DNA of 64,000 bases. Origin: Thainema sp. (GTDB lineage Bacteria > Cyanobacteriota > Cyanobacteriia > Phormidesmidales > Phormidesmidaceae). The stretch lies in contig JBQLZK010000003.1 of the NCBI GenBank assembly GCA_052168235.1, positions 1-64,000 on the forward strand, in the 5' to 3' direction. How positions within the stretch are numbered: position 1 is the first letter of the stretch; every line of letters begins with the position of its first letter. Shown in pieces: positions 54,648 to 62,517 of this stretch. Made by a program: the position numbers and the translations under genes. The notes beneath the pieces are model-generated. The model searched no databases. It was not told the origin of the DNA and was given only the letters and a program-made list of their open reading frames with translations.

Positions 54648-54663
54648 GGACGGATAACCGAAC
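54648..54663 (-). promoter_or_regulatory. K-box-like heat/light induction element
   Basis: Minus strand GTTCGG-TTAT-CCGTCC vs recalled consensus GTTCGG-NNAN-CCNNAC. Confidence 0.6.
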
Positions 54664-54695
54664 GTAGGCTAGACAAAATGTGTAAGTCTTAAATC

Positions 54696-54740
54696 ATGTT
54701 TGGCCCAAACGTGCGCATCGTACACATTTGGGCCAAACAT
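54696..54740 (-). terminator. Hairpin downstream of the TPR gene
   Basis: atgtttggcccaaa...tttgggccaaacat 14-bp arms. Confidence 0.5.
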
Positions 54741-54780
54741 TAAAGACGCTTTAAGTTAACGCCTTCAGTTAACGTCTCAG

Positions 54781-55842
54781 TTAACGCCGCTGCTCTAGCA
54801 ATCCACCGCCATCACCATCACGCTCTAAGCGCTGTTCTAACAGTCCTTCAGCGCCGCTGTCGTCGCTCTCGTCTGCAGGCTGATTCTCTGTCGGTTGACC
54901 TTGATCAAGCAGGCCATCGTTGCTTTCCGGTTCTGCTGCTGGTTCTGCTGGCGCAGTTTCTTCTGGTGTCAGTGCTCCTGAGAGCAGATCTTGAATTTGG
55001 GGTGTGTTGAGCAATTGCTCGGTATCAGCAATTAGTGCTTCCCCCCAGAGATTGTCCCGCAGGAATTGGATATCGGCATAGCGGCTGTCGAGGGTCAGCG
55101 CGTCAATTGCTTGATCAATGCCAGCCTGCTGCTGCCCTTGGGCGTAGAGTGCAACTGCGATCGCAAGTTGAGGTTCGGCCTCTTCGCTGGCAATGGCAAC
55201 CGAATCTTCCCATTTTTCCAGTGCTTCATCCACCTGATTCATCTCATACAGAACCAGGCCGATATTATTCACCGCAGGCCAAAATTCTTCGTCTTTATCG
55301 ACCGCATCTTCATAAGCTGAGATCGCATCGTCATAGCGCTGTAGCTTGTAATAAGCATTGCCCAAATCAAACAGCGCCCCCGGCGTATCGGGTTCAATCT
55401 TCAGCCCCTGCTGGATATAGTCTGCGGCTGTTGTGTACTCTTCCATCCGGAAGTAGGTTGAACCAAGCGCAAACAAAACCGATGAGTTTTCCGGATTTAG
55501 GCTCTGCGCTTTTTTGAGAGCGCTGACGGCATCGTCATATTCTTCAACCTGCAAGTAGAGGCTGCCGAGTAGCCCCCACACATCAGCATTTTGCGGCACC
55601 AGCTGGGAGGCCAACTGCGCCCGCGCCAGAGCCAAATCATACTGCTGAAACTGGGCAAGCTGAGTCGCTTCCTGCGCCAGGATTAAACCCTGTTCCTCCA
55701 GTAGCTCAAAATCTAGCTCAGGCGTGTAGGGAACGAGCACCTGGGCAGAAACAGGTTGAGCCGGAGCCCACAACCCAAGCAGCATCAGGAAAGATGCCAA
55801 GGGCAGGGTGCGGCGGACTGATTTGTGCAATGGACGACTCAT
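54781..55842 (-). CDS. Exported tetratricopeptide repeat protein with acidic tail
   Basis: Signal peptide ending VSA-Q, repeated LGxxY TPR units, FWPAVNNIGLVLYE. Confidence 0.85.
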   Translation of the reverse strand: MSRPLHKSVRRTLPLASFLMLLGLWAPAQPVSAQVLVPYTPELDFELLEEQGLILAQEATQLAQFQQYDLALARAQLASQLVPQNADVWGLLGSLYLQVEEYDDAVSALKKAQSLNPENSSVLFALGSTYFRMEEYTTAADYIQQGLKIEPDTPGALFDLGNAYYKLQRYDDAISAYEDAVDKDEEFWPAVNNIGLVLYEMNQVDEALEKWEDSVAIASEEAEPQLAIAVALYAQGQQQAGIDQAIDALTLDSRYADIQFLRDNLWGEALIADTEQLLNTPQIQDLLSGALTPEETAPAEPAAEPESNDGLLDQGQPTENQPADESDDSGAEGLLEQRLERDGDGGGLLEQRR

Positions 55843-55907
55843 AAAGCGCACTATAACGACTAAGTAGTTTAATTTAGTTTGATGATTCGCAGGGACAGGT
55901 CAGCTAA

Positions 55908-56912
55908 TCATGTCCCATCCTGACAGAAATTTTCTAAATTGGCACGGGCATTGCGTCGAAACATGTCTGGCTTGATCCGCCGCAGAGCAGAAGCCCGAAA
56001 TTGCCGATCGTGTTCTTCATCGGTCAACTGGGCCAATTCTGCCAGAGTCGGCGCGACATTTCCCGGATAGGGCTGAAAATCTTCAACATTGGTCGGTTGT
56101 GCAAACCGCTGATTCCAGGGGCACACATCCTGACAAATGTCGCAGCCAGCCACCCATCCTTGGGCCTGAGACGCAATTTCCTGGGGCAATGTTTCAGCCC
56201 GATTCTCAATCGTGTGGTAGGCCAGACAGCGATTGGCATCCACAACAAAGGGTTTCGTGATCGCCTGGGTCGGACAGGCTTCCAGACAGCGGGTGCAGGT
56301 GCCGCAGTGCTGGGTATGGGGCTGGTCGGGTGGCAGTGCCAAATTAGTCAGAATCTCGCCCAGGAATACCCACGATCCATAGTCGCGGGTGATTAGATTC
56401 CCATTTTTCGCAATCCAGCCAATGCCCGCTCGCTCAGCCCAGACTTTATCCTGAACGGGGCCGGTGTCAGCGTAGTAGCGCAGTTGTAGATCGGGATAGA
56501 TGGGAGAAAAGTGCGATCGCAGCCTGCCTGTCAATTCTTTCAACCGCTTTTCCATGACGCGATGGTAATCTCGACCCCAGCCATAGCGAGAAATCTTGGC
56601 ATACTGCTGACCTTCAGGACGCTCATGAGGTGTGTAGTAATTGAGCGCAACACAAATGACCGATTTCACACTCGGCATAATTTCGCGAATGTTCTGCCGC
56701 CGCGAGTTGTGCATCCAGGCCATATCGGCTTCATAGCCCTGCGCTAACCAGTCTTGCAGCACGGCAACTGGATCGTAAGCGGCACTTGACTGAGTCGGAT
56801 CGTCGGACACTGCGGCAATGCCAATCCGGTGAAATCCGACTGCTAAAGCCTGCTGCTTAACGTAATCTGCGTCCGTATGAGAATTTGTGTGAGAAAGCGG
56901 ATGAGCTGTCAT
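55908..56912 (-). CDS. queG: tRNA epoxyqueuosine(34) reductase
   Basis: ISRYGWGRDYH, DTGPVQDK..AERAGIGW, CGTCTRCLEACPT, GCDICQDVCPWN. Confidence 0.95.
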   Translation of the reverse strand: MTAHPLSHTNSHTDADYVKQQALAVGFHRIGIAAVSDDPTQSSAAYDPVAVLQDWLAQGYEADMAWMHNSRRQNIREIMPSVKSVICVALNYYTPHERPEGQQYAKISRYGWGRDYHRVMEKRLKELTGRLRSHFSPIYPDLQLRYYADTGPVQDKVWAERAGIGWIAKNGNLITRDYGSWVFLGEILTNLALPPDQPHTQHCGTCTRCLEACPTQAITKPFVVDANRCLAYHTIENRAETLPQEIASQAQGWVAGCDICQDVCPWNQRFAQPTNVEDFQPYPGNVAPTLAELAQLTDEEHDRQFRASALRRIKPDMFRRNARANLENFCQDGT

Positions 56913-56932
56913 GCAAAGCTTGGGATTGTGAA

Positions 56933-57019
56933 TTAAATAGCCTGCCAATTCTTCCATCCGTAGGGACACGGCATTGCCATGTCCCTACCCAAAGATTTCA
57001 CCTGATTAAATCCATGTTC
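56933..57019 (+). repeat. Dispersed repeat containing the REP-like palindrome GTAGGGACACGGCATTGCCATGTCCCTAC (56960-56988), intact copy
   Basis: Aligns by eye with the reverse complement of 57801-58169 once the insertions there are removed. Confidence 0.75.
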
Positions 57020-57215
57020 GTTCGGTTTTCGAATTGAAAACTAGTTCGGTGGTGCTACTCTCACATCTTGCCTCAAATCTGGAACGACAGGTTGTGGCTA
57101 CGCTATAGTCACCAACCGTACAGTCACCAATAGAGTATTTCTACCGTCCGCATGATGCGGCTTAAGAGTCAAACATGAAATGCTGATATGGTTTGTACGT
57201 TAACTCTCCTTGACT

Positions 57216-57755
57216 ATGTCTTCAGCCCGTTCCTCCGCCTCTCAATCCACCGTTGCGCCGTCTAATCAGCTGGATACCAGTCGAGTGGAACCAACTGAGT
57301 ACCAAACTTATATTCATCAGACCGCTTCACAGTCTGAGCTACAAATCGCTGGCATTGAGCATCCTACAGTCATTTGCTACTTCGATTGGCTGAATCAGGA
57401 AGCCTACGATCAGGCTGTCACTCTGTTCACAGAAGACGGCATACTCTACGCGCCGTTTGAATCTGGCATTCAAGGCAGAAGTGCGATCGCAGATTACTTA
57501 AAAACCGAAGCCAAAGGTATGCAGCTTCAGCCCCGTGAAGGCGTGGTGCAGCCGATTGACGATGAGTCCGAAGATGAACCTGAAAATGTACCCGACGAAA
57601 TCTATCAGATTTTAGTCACGGGTAAGGTGCAAACATCAGTATTTGGCGTGAACGTCCAGTGGACATTCACTTTAAACCAGGATGATCAGTTAACTGCTGT
57701 CCGGGTTAAGCTGCTGGCTTCTCCTAAAGAACTGCTCAACCTACGCAATAAGTAA
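57216..57755 (+). CDS. Orange carotenoid protein C-terminal domain homologue (CTDH, NTF2-like)
   Basis: GIEHPTV..YF, LFTEDGILYAPFE..I.GR.AI..YL, VTGKVQT..FGVNV.W.F, LLASPKELLNL. Confidence 0.85.
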   Translation: MSSARSSASQSTVAPSNQLDTSRVEPTEYQTYIHQTASQSELQIAGIEHPTVICYFDWLNQEAYDQAVTLFTEDGILYAPFESGIQGRSAIADYLKTEAKGMQLQPREGVVQPIDDESEDEPENVPDEIYQILVTGKVQTSVFGVNVQWTFTLNQDDQLTAVRVKLLASPKELLNLRNK

Positions 57756-57800
57756 CGGGTGCGTCATATATCTTGAAAACCAGCGTAGGAGCGGGTTAAA

Positions 57801-58169
57801 GAACGCGGATCTAACAAGGCAAAATCTTTGGAGTAGGGACACGGCAATGCCGTGTATGTATTTAGCGTAGCCGCATGATCCCCCGCTGTCGCCGCCCCCT
57901 TGAAAAAGGGGCTATACCACCGCTAACTCAAAGTCCCCCTTTTTAAGGTAGGGCTGATTCTCTAGCAGAATAATAATTCTGTAACTCCCAATTTATGGTT
58001 CTTTGCCAAAACGGGTTGAACGAGGAAATAGGACTTACGAGCATTTTCTTTTTTTAGAGAATCAGCCCTACCTTTTTAAGGGGGATTTAGGGGGATCGGT
58101 CAGAGTGTTTCGCTAAACAAGTACAATGCCGTGTCCCTACAGATGGAATAACTGACGGCGGCTATTTAA
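57801..58169 (-). mobile_element. Nested repeats: REP-containing repeat interrupted by an element (57854-58124), itself interrupted by a 122-bp MITE (57949-58070)
   Basis: Direct repeat aatgccgt at 57846-57853/58125-58132; direct repeat cctttttaagg at 57938-57948/58071-58081; perfect 16-bp TIR tagggctgattctcta. Confidence 0.85.
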
Positions 58170-58186
58170 GTCATGACCACAAGCGG

Positions 58187-58732
58187 CTAAACGTTACCCA
58201 ACTTAATCAGCTCAACTGAATCGCGGCCATCTTCGGCCTGTAGATGTACCTTGACCTGCTCGTCCTTGGAGGTAGGCAGCTCCTTACCGACAAAGTCTGC
58301 ATGAATGGGCAGTGCCCGATGTCCCCGATCCACCAGAACCGCCAGCCAAATTGTCTCAGGCCGACCATATTCATTCACCGCATTCAGCGCCGCCCGAATC
58401 GTGCGACCGCTATAGATCACGTCGTCAACCAGCACAACATTATGAGCAGAAAGATCGAATGGAATTTTGGATTTGGCCGGAGTGCGGGCACCGATTTTAT
58501 CCAGGTCATCGCGAAAGAAGGTAATGTCAATCGCTCCGATCGCAGGTCGCACACCTTCTAGCATTTCAATCTGATCGGCTAAGCGGTGGGCTAGCGGCAC
58601 CCCACGGGTGTAGATGCCGATGAGGATTAAATTCTCGACGCTGCCAGCTTTCTCCAGAATTTGCGAAGCTAATCGGGTGATGGTGCGACGAATTTCTTCT
58701 TCTGAGAGAATTTCAATCGGTTCGGGGGTCAT
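58187..58732 (-). CDS. pyrR: Bifunctional pyrimidine regulator / uracil phosphoribosyltransferase
   Basis: [58 protein letters not shown]. Confidence 0.95.
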   Translation of the reverse strand: MTPEPIEILSEEEIRRTITRLASQILEKAGSVENLILIGIYTRGVPLAHRLADQIEMLEGVRPAIGAIDITFFRDDLDKIGARTPAKSKIPFDLSAHNVVLVDDVIYSGRTIRAALNAVNEYGRPETIWLAVLVDRGHRALPIHADFVGKELPTSKDEQVKVHLQAEDGRDSVELIKLGNV

Positions 58733-58781
58733 GGGGGTTAAAACCATCCGCTCAAACGATGCATATATCAAATCCTAAACC

Positions 58782-58827
58782 AGAAGACGCAATTCGCCGC
58801 TGCAGCCAGCGGCGAATTGCGTCTTCT
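58782..58827. repeat. Perfect 21-bp-stem hairpin between the hdeD-like gene and pyrR
   Basis: agaagacgcaattcgccgctg-cagc-cagcggcgaattgcgtcttct. Confidence 0.7.
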
Positions 58828-58881
58828 ATCAGGTGCAAGAGTTTAGATAGTTTAGGTGGAAAACTCGATACATCCGGTGAA

Positions 58882-59478
58882 TTAGGCAGAAGCGGGTGAA
58901 TCCGATTCACCCGCAGGCGTGGATTCGTCTTTGCTGCTGAGAAGGTTGCGTGCTTTCAGCGAGAGTCCGACCCGAGAAATGCCTGTAAATAGAATGCTCA
59001 CACCCAGCAGTGTACCCAGTAGCCAAGGCGCATTGAAGGGAAACTGGAACCAGATCATGCCACCTAAAATTAGGGTGATGATGCCGTTCGTTAGGGCCCA
59101 CGTCCAGTTTTGTCGGGGGCGTAAGCGGAAGGCTAGAATCAACTCAAACACGCCTTCGGTGAGCAAGAAGCTACCCAGCAGCAGCGTTAGCGTCAAAATT
59201 CCAGTGCGGGGATAGACAAACAGCATGAGTCCTGTAGCAATATACAGAACACCTAAGAGTGCTTTCCAAAGGGTGTTGCCTTCATCGCGAGTTTGATAGG
59301 CATAAACGAGCTTCGCCACCCCGGCTGAAATCAGAATCAACGCTAGCCAGGTTTCGACAAAGACGGTTGAAACGACGGGAAGTGCGATCGCAACTACCCC
59401 TAATACTGTTAATACAATCCCAGTCCAAAGGGCTCGGTTGCTAACCTGTTTCGGATTAACTGGAGCATCAGTTGCCAT
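58882..59478 (-). CDS. HdeD/DUF308 family membrane protein
   Basis: Six-TM pattern, GIVLTVLGVVAIALP, EGVFELILAFRLR, W.LGTLLGV. Confidence 0.85.
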   Translation of the reverse strand: MATDAPVNPKQVSNRALWTGIVLTVLGVVAIALPVVSTVFVETWLALILISAGVAKLVYAYQTRDEGNTLWKALLGVLYIATGLMLFVYPRTGILTLTLLLGSFLLTEGVFELILAFRLRPRQNWTWALTNGIITLILGGMIWFQFPFNAPWLLGTLLGVSILFTGISRVGLSLKARNLLSSKDESTPAGESDSPASA

Positions 59479-59674
59479 AAAAATATCTCTTTTTAACTGC
59501 ATCACGCATAGGCTAGAGAATTTTCGATCAGCACTGTTAGTCCCTCAAGGCAGATTGGAACTCGTCTCTAGTTATAGATTTTGAGCTGCTTCTATCTACA
59601 ATCAACTCAGAACCCAGAGCAATGCCTTGCCGCTCTGGGTTCTGAGACAAGTTACACACCTACAAAGTTGAAAA

Positions 59675-60703
59675 CTACAAGAAAACCCTGTAATCTTCGC
59701 CCAAAAACAATGCTCGTTCAGCTCGCCGCCGCCGAGTGAGGCCAGCGAGTACGCGACCACCCCCCTTATTCCAGCGCAGGAATTCCTCTGCTGCTGTACT
59801 GTAGTTGTTTTGATTGAGCAACCGCCGCAGCGTTGAACTAGCCAATGCACCAGCACCGACATTGTACGTAAAGGAAACCAGCGCAGAGAACTGGTCGGAA
59901 TTCAGCGGTACTTGAATATTGCTCGACACGGCCTGCTCAAATTTTCTCAGATCGTCCCTTAGTAAAGCTTCGGCTTCGGCTTTGGTAATTTGCATACCGG
60001 GACGAACGCCGCGAGTCGTGCCGTAGCCAATTGTCCAAACGCCGACCGCATCCAAGTAGGCTTTCAACCTTAATCCTTCAAAGGATTTCAGCAGGTGCAA
60101 CCCTTTGTCATTAATCTGTCCGGTTGACTGGAGTACGGCGGGTTGTGAAAGCTGTACGGGTCTTCCCTCCTGTAGCACCTCTACATGCAAAGCATAAACG
60201 TACCAAGTGTTGCGGCCTTGCAGGTGAATTTGCTGACCATCCCCATCTTGCCCCAGCGCTAGCTTCAGATGAGAACCATCCAGTGTGTAGCTGTTGAGCG
60301 GCATTGTCGTATTCGCTCTCACCAAATACTTTTGGCCATCTGGCAGGGCCGAGCTTTGGTCGGTGTTGAGCTTGAACCAGGTATCCGATTTAATTTTTAG
60401 CTGGAAGATACTGGGTTCATCGTCCGTAGTCGGCGGAAAAAGGTTAATCTCTTCACCATTTCGCAAAATATCAACAGCTGGCTCGTAGACAAACCAGGTA
60501 TTGCGACCCTTGAAAAAGATCTGCTGTCCCTCATTGTTCTGGCCAAGCGTCATGCGCAGATGATTGCCCACAAGCGAATAGGCAGCTAAGGGAAGTTCCG
60601 TGCCAGCCTCAATATATTGCCGCTGACTATCGGGCAGCGTTGCCCCCTGATCAGTCGTGAGTTTCAACCAGGTATCAAGCACAAACTTGACGGAATAAGA
60701 CAT
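59675..60703 (-). CDS. GH24 (phage-type) lysozyme with two N-terminal repeated domains
   Basis: FEGLRLKAYLDAVGVWTIGYG (E-x8-D-x5-T), QFSALVSFTYNVG, GLTRRRRAERALF; duplicated TW.KL.TDQ...GRNTW.VY units. Confidence 0.9.
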   Translation of the reverse strand: MSYSVKFVLDTWLKLTTDQGATLPDSQRQYIEAGTELPLAAYSLVGNHLRMTLGQNNEGQQIFFKGRNTWFVYEPAVDILRNGEEINLFPPTTDDEPSIFQLKIKSDTWFKLNTDQSSALPDGQKYLVRANTTMPLNSYTLDGSHLKLALGQDGDGQQIHLQGRNTWYVYALHVEVLQEGRPVQLSQPAVLQSTGQINDKGLHLLKSFEGLRLKAYLDAVGVWTIGYGTTRGVRPGMQITKAEAEALLRDDLRKFEQAVSSNIQVPLNSDQFSALVSFTYNVGAGALASSTLRRLLNQNNYSTAAEEFLRWNKGGGRVLAGLTRRRRAERALFLGEDYRVFL

Positions 60704-60827
60704 GGTAGAGCACCTTCAGAGTAAAAGTATGGAAAAACTGCGGCAACACCCATTTTGCAGAGCAGTTTTAACCTAATAGTGACCAACCAAGCCTTTAAAA
60801 TTAATATTCGGTCAGATTTTTACTCAT

Positions 60828-62135
60828 CTACAGCGGCTTGCCCATGGGCATGACCAGCATCTTATCGACGCGGTTGCCGTCCATATCCATTACTTCAAAC
60901 CGGAGGCCGCCCCATTCAAAATGATCGGCAGCAACCGGAATACGGCCCAAGTGAGTAATCACAAAACCGCCCAGGGTTTGATAGTTGCCCATTTCTTCCC
61001 CTGGTAAGCGGCTAAGTTGAAATAGATCCTTGAATTTTTCAATAGATACCATACCGTCAAGCAGCCAAGAGCCATCTTCTCGCTGTACGGCAGAGGTGTC
61101 ATCGGACTGACCAACGGAGGGCAAATCGCCAATAATTGCTTCCAAGATGTCGTTGAGCGTGACGATGCCCTGAATCACACCGTACTCATCAACTGCGATC
61201 GCAATATGGGTATCCGACTGCTTGAACATCTCCATGATCCGCAGCGCCCGAGTGGTTTCTGGCACAAACAGCGGTTGGCGCAGAGCCGAGGTCAAATCCA
61301 TCGGTTCGCCTGACATGCTGCGAGCCAGTAGATCGGTGATATGCACCACACCTAGCACGTTATCCAGCGTGTTTTGGCAAACGGGAAAGCGCGAGTGATC
61401 ACTTTGGGTAATCTTGAGCCGATTCTCGTCGGCAGAGCTGTTGAGATTGAGCCAAACAATATCGGGTCGCGGCGTCATCAAGGCGCTGATCGGCTGATCG
61501 TCCAGGCGAAAGATGCGTTCCACCATATCTTGCTCAGCGGCCTCAAACATGCCCGCTTCTCGCCCTTGTTCCAGCAGCACCTTAATTTCGTCTTCCGTCA
61601 CCAGCGGCTCGGTTTCTGTCGGGCCAACCCCAAACAGCTTTAAGCCCAATTCTGTAGACGCGCTGAGTAAGCGGACGGCAGGAGATGCGATCGCAGAAAG
61701 TAACTGCATCGGAATTGCGATCGCAGAGGCAATTTTCTCGGGCGCATTAAGAGCAAGCCGTTTAGGGATCAGCTCTCCAACGACGAGGGATAAATAGGTA
61801 ATCAGCAGCACCACGGCCAGCAAGCTCAATGTGGCACTAAAGGGTGCGAGAGCCGGAATTTGACTAAACAGTTCGGAGAGTGACGTAGACAGCGTGGCAC
61901 CACCAAAGGCACCGGCCAAAATCCCCACCAGCGTAATGCCGATTTGCACCGTCGAGAGAAAGCGATTGGGGCTATTGGCCAAATCCAGCGCGGCTTGTGC
62001 CCGCAAATCTCCTTGATTGGCCAACTGCTGGAGGCGGGTTTTACGGGCAGAGACAATGGCCATTTCGGACATGGCAAACAAGCCATTAGCCATTACCAGC
62101 AGCAAGATAACTAGAATTTCACTCGTTGTGGACAT
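60828..62135 (-). CDS. Hemolysin/CNNM (DUF21-CBS-CorC) family Mg/Co transport-associated protein
   Basis: NGLFAMSEMA, STVQIGIT, GELIPKRLA, MTPRPDI, HSRFPV, VDEYG, YQTLGGF. Confidence 0.92.
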   Translation of the reverse strand: MSTTSEILVILLLVMANGLFAMSEMAIVSARKTRLQQLANQGDLRAQAALDLANSPNRFLSTVQIGITLVGILAGAFGGATLSTSLSELFSQIPALAPFSATLSLLAVVLLITYLSLVVGELIPKRLALNAPEKIASAIAIPMQLLSAIASPAVRLLSASTELGLKLFGVGPTETEPLVTEDEIKVLLEQGREAGMFEAAEQDMVERIFRLDDQPISALMTPRPDIVWLNLNSSADENRLKITQSDHSRFPVCQNTLDNVLGVVHITDLLARSMSGEPMDLTSALRQPLFVPETTRALRIMEMFKQSDTHIAIAVDEYGVIQGIVTLNDILEAIIGDLPSVGQSDDTSAVQREDGSWLLDGMVSIEKFKDLFQLSRLPGEEMGNYQTLGGFVITHLGRIPVAADHFEWGGLRFEVMDMDGNRVDKMLVMPMGKPL

Positions 62136-62517
62136 GCCTAAAGTGGCCTCGCGTCTCCAAAATAAATGAGTGGATCGTGGTGCGGAGTTAGATGTTTTGT
62201 TGAGGGGATTTTGCCGACTCAAACGAACATCATGAACCATTTGAAGAGTGCAATATTTGACTGTTAATCTCGGAACATTGTTAGAACACTTGTGGGTATA
62301 CCGTAGCTTGATTGGGAGGTCATCCCCTTAAGGGAAAAATGTACACGAAAAAACAAGTCTACCCTCTCTGGCGCTGCTTCATTATTAAATCGTGATTTGG
62401 TTGCGCTTGGCTTGCCCGAACCAAGTGCTCCTGCTCGAACCGCGCTGTATGACTACAATAAGATGCATAAAGAAAGATTAAAGACACCCGTGATGGGGCT
62501 TCACACTAAAAATCCTC

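Noticed and set aside
56913..56969. N-terminal extension of QueG given by the ORF track
   Set aside because: The upstream start lies inside the REP-containing repeat; ATG at 56912 is more plausible
58782..58827. PyrR-binding attenuator upstream of pyrR
   Set aside because: Lacks the ARUCCNGNGAGGYU-type binding loop and U-tract; looks like the other dispersed perfect hairpins
59675..60703. Prophage around the GH24 lysozyme
   Set aside because: Neighbours are housekeeping or membrane genes; no holin, integrase or structural genes
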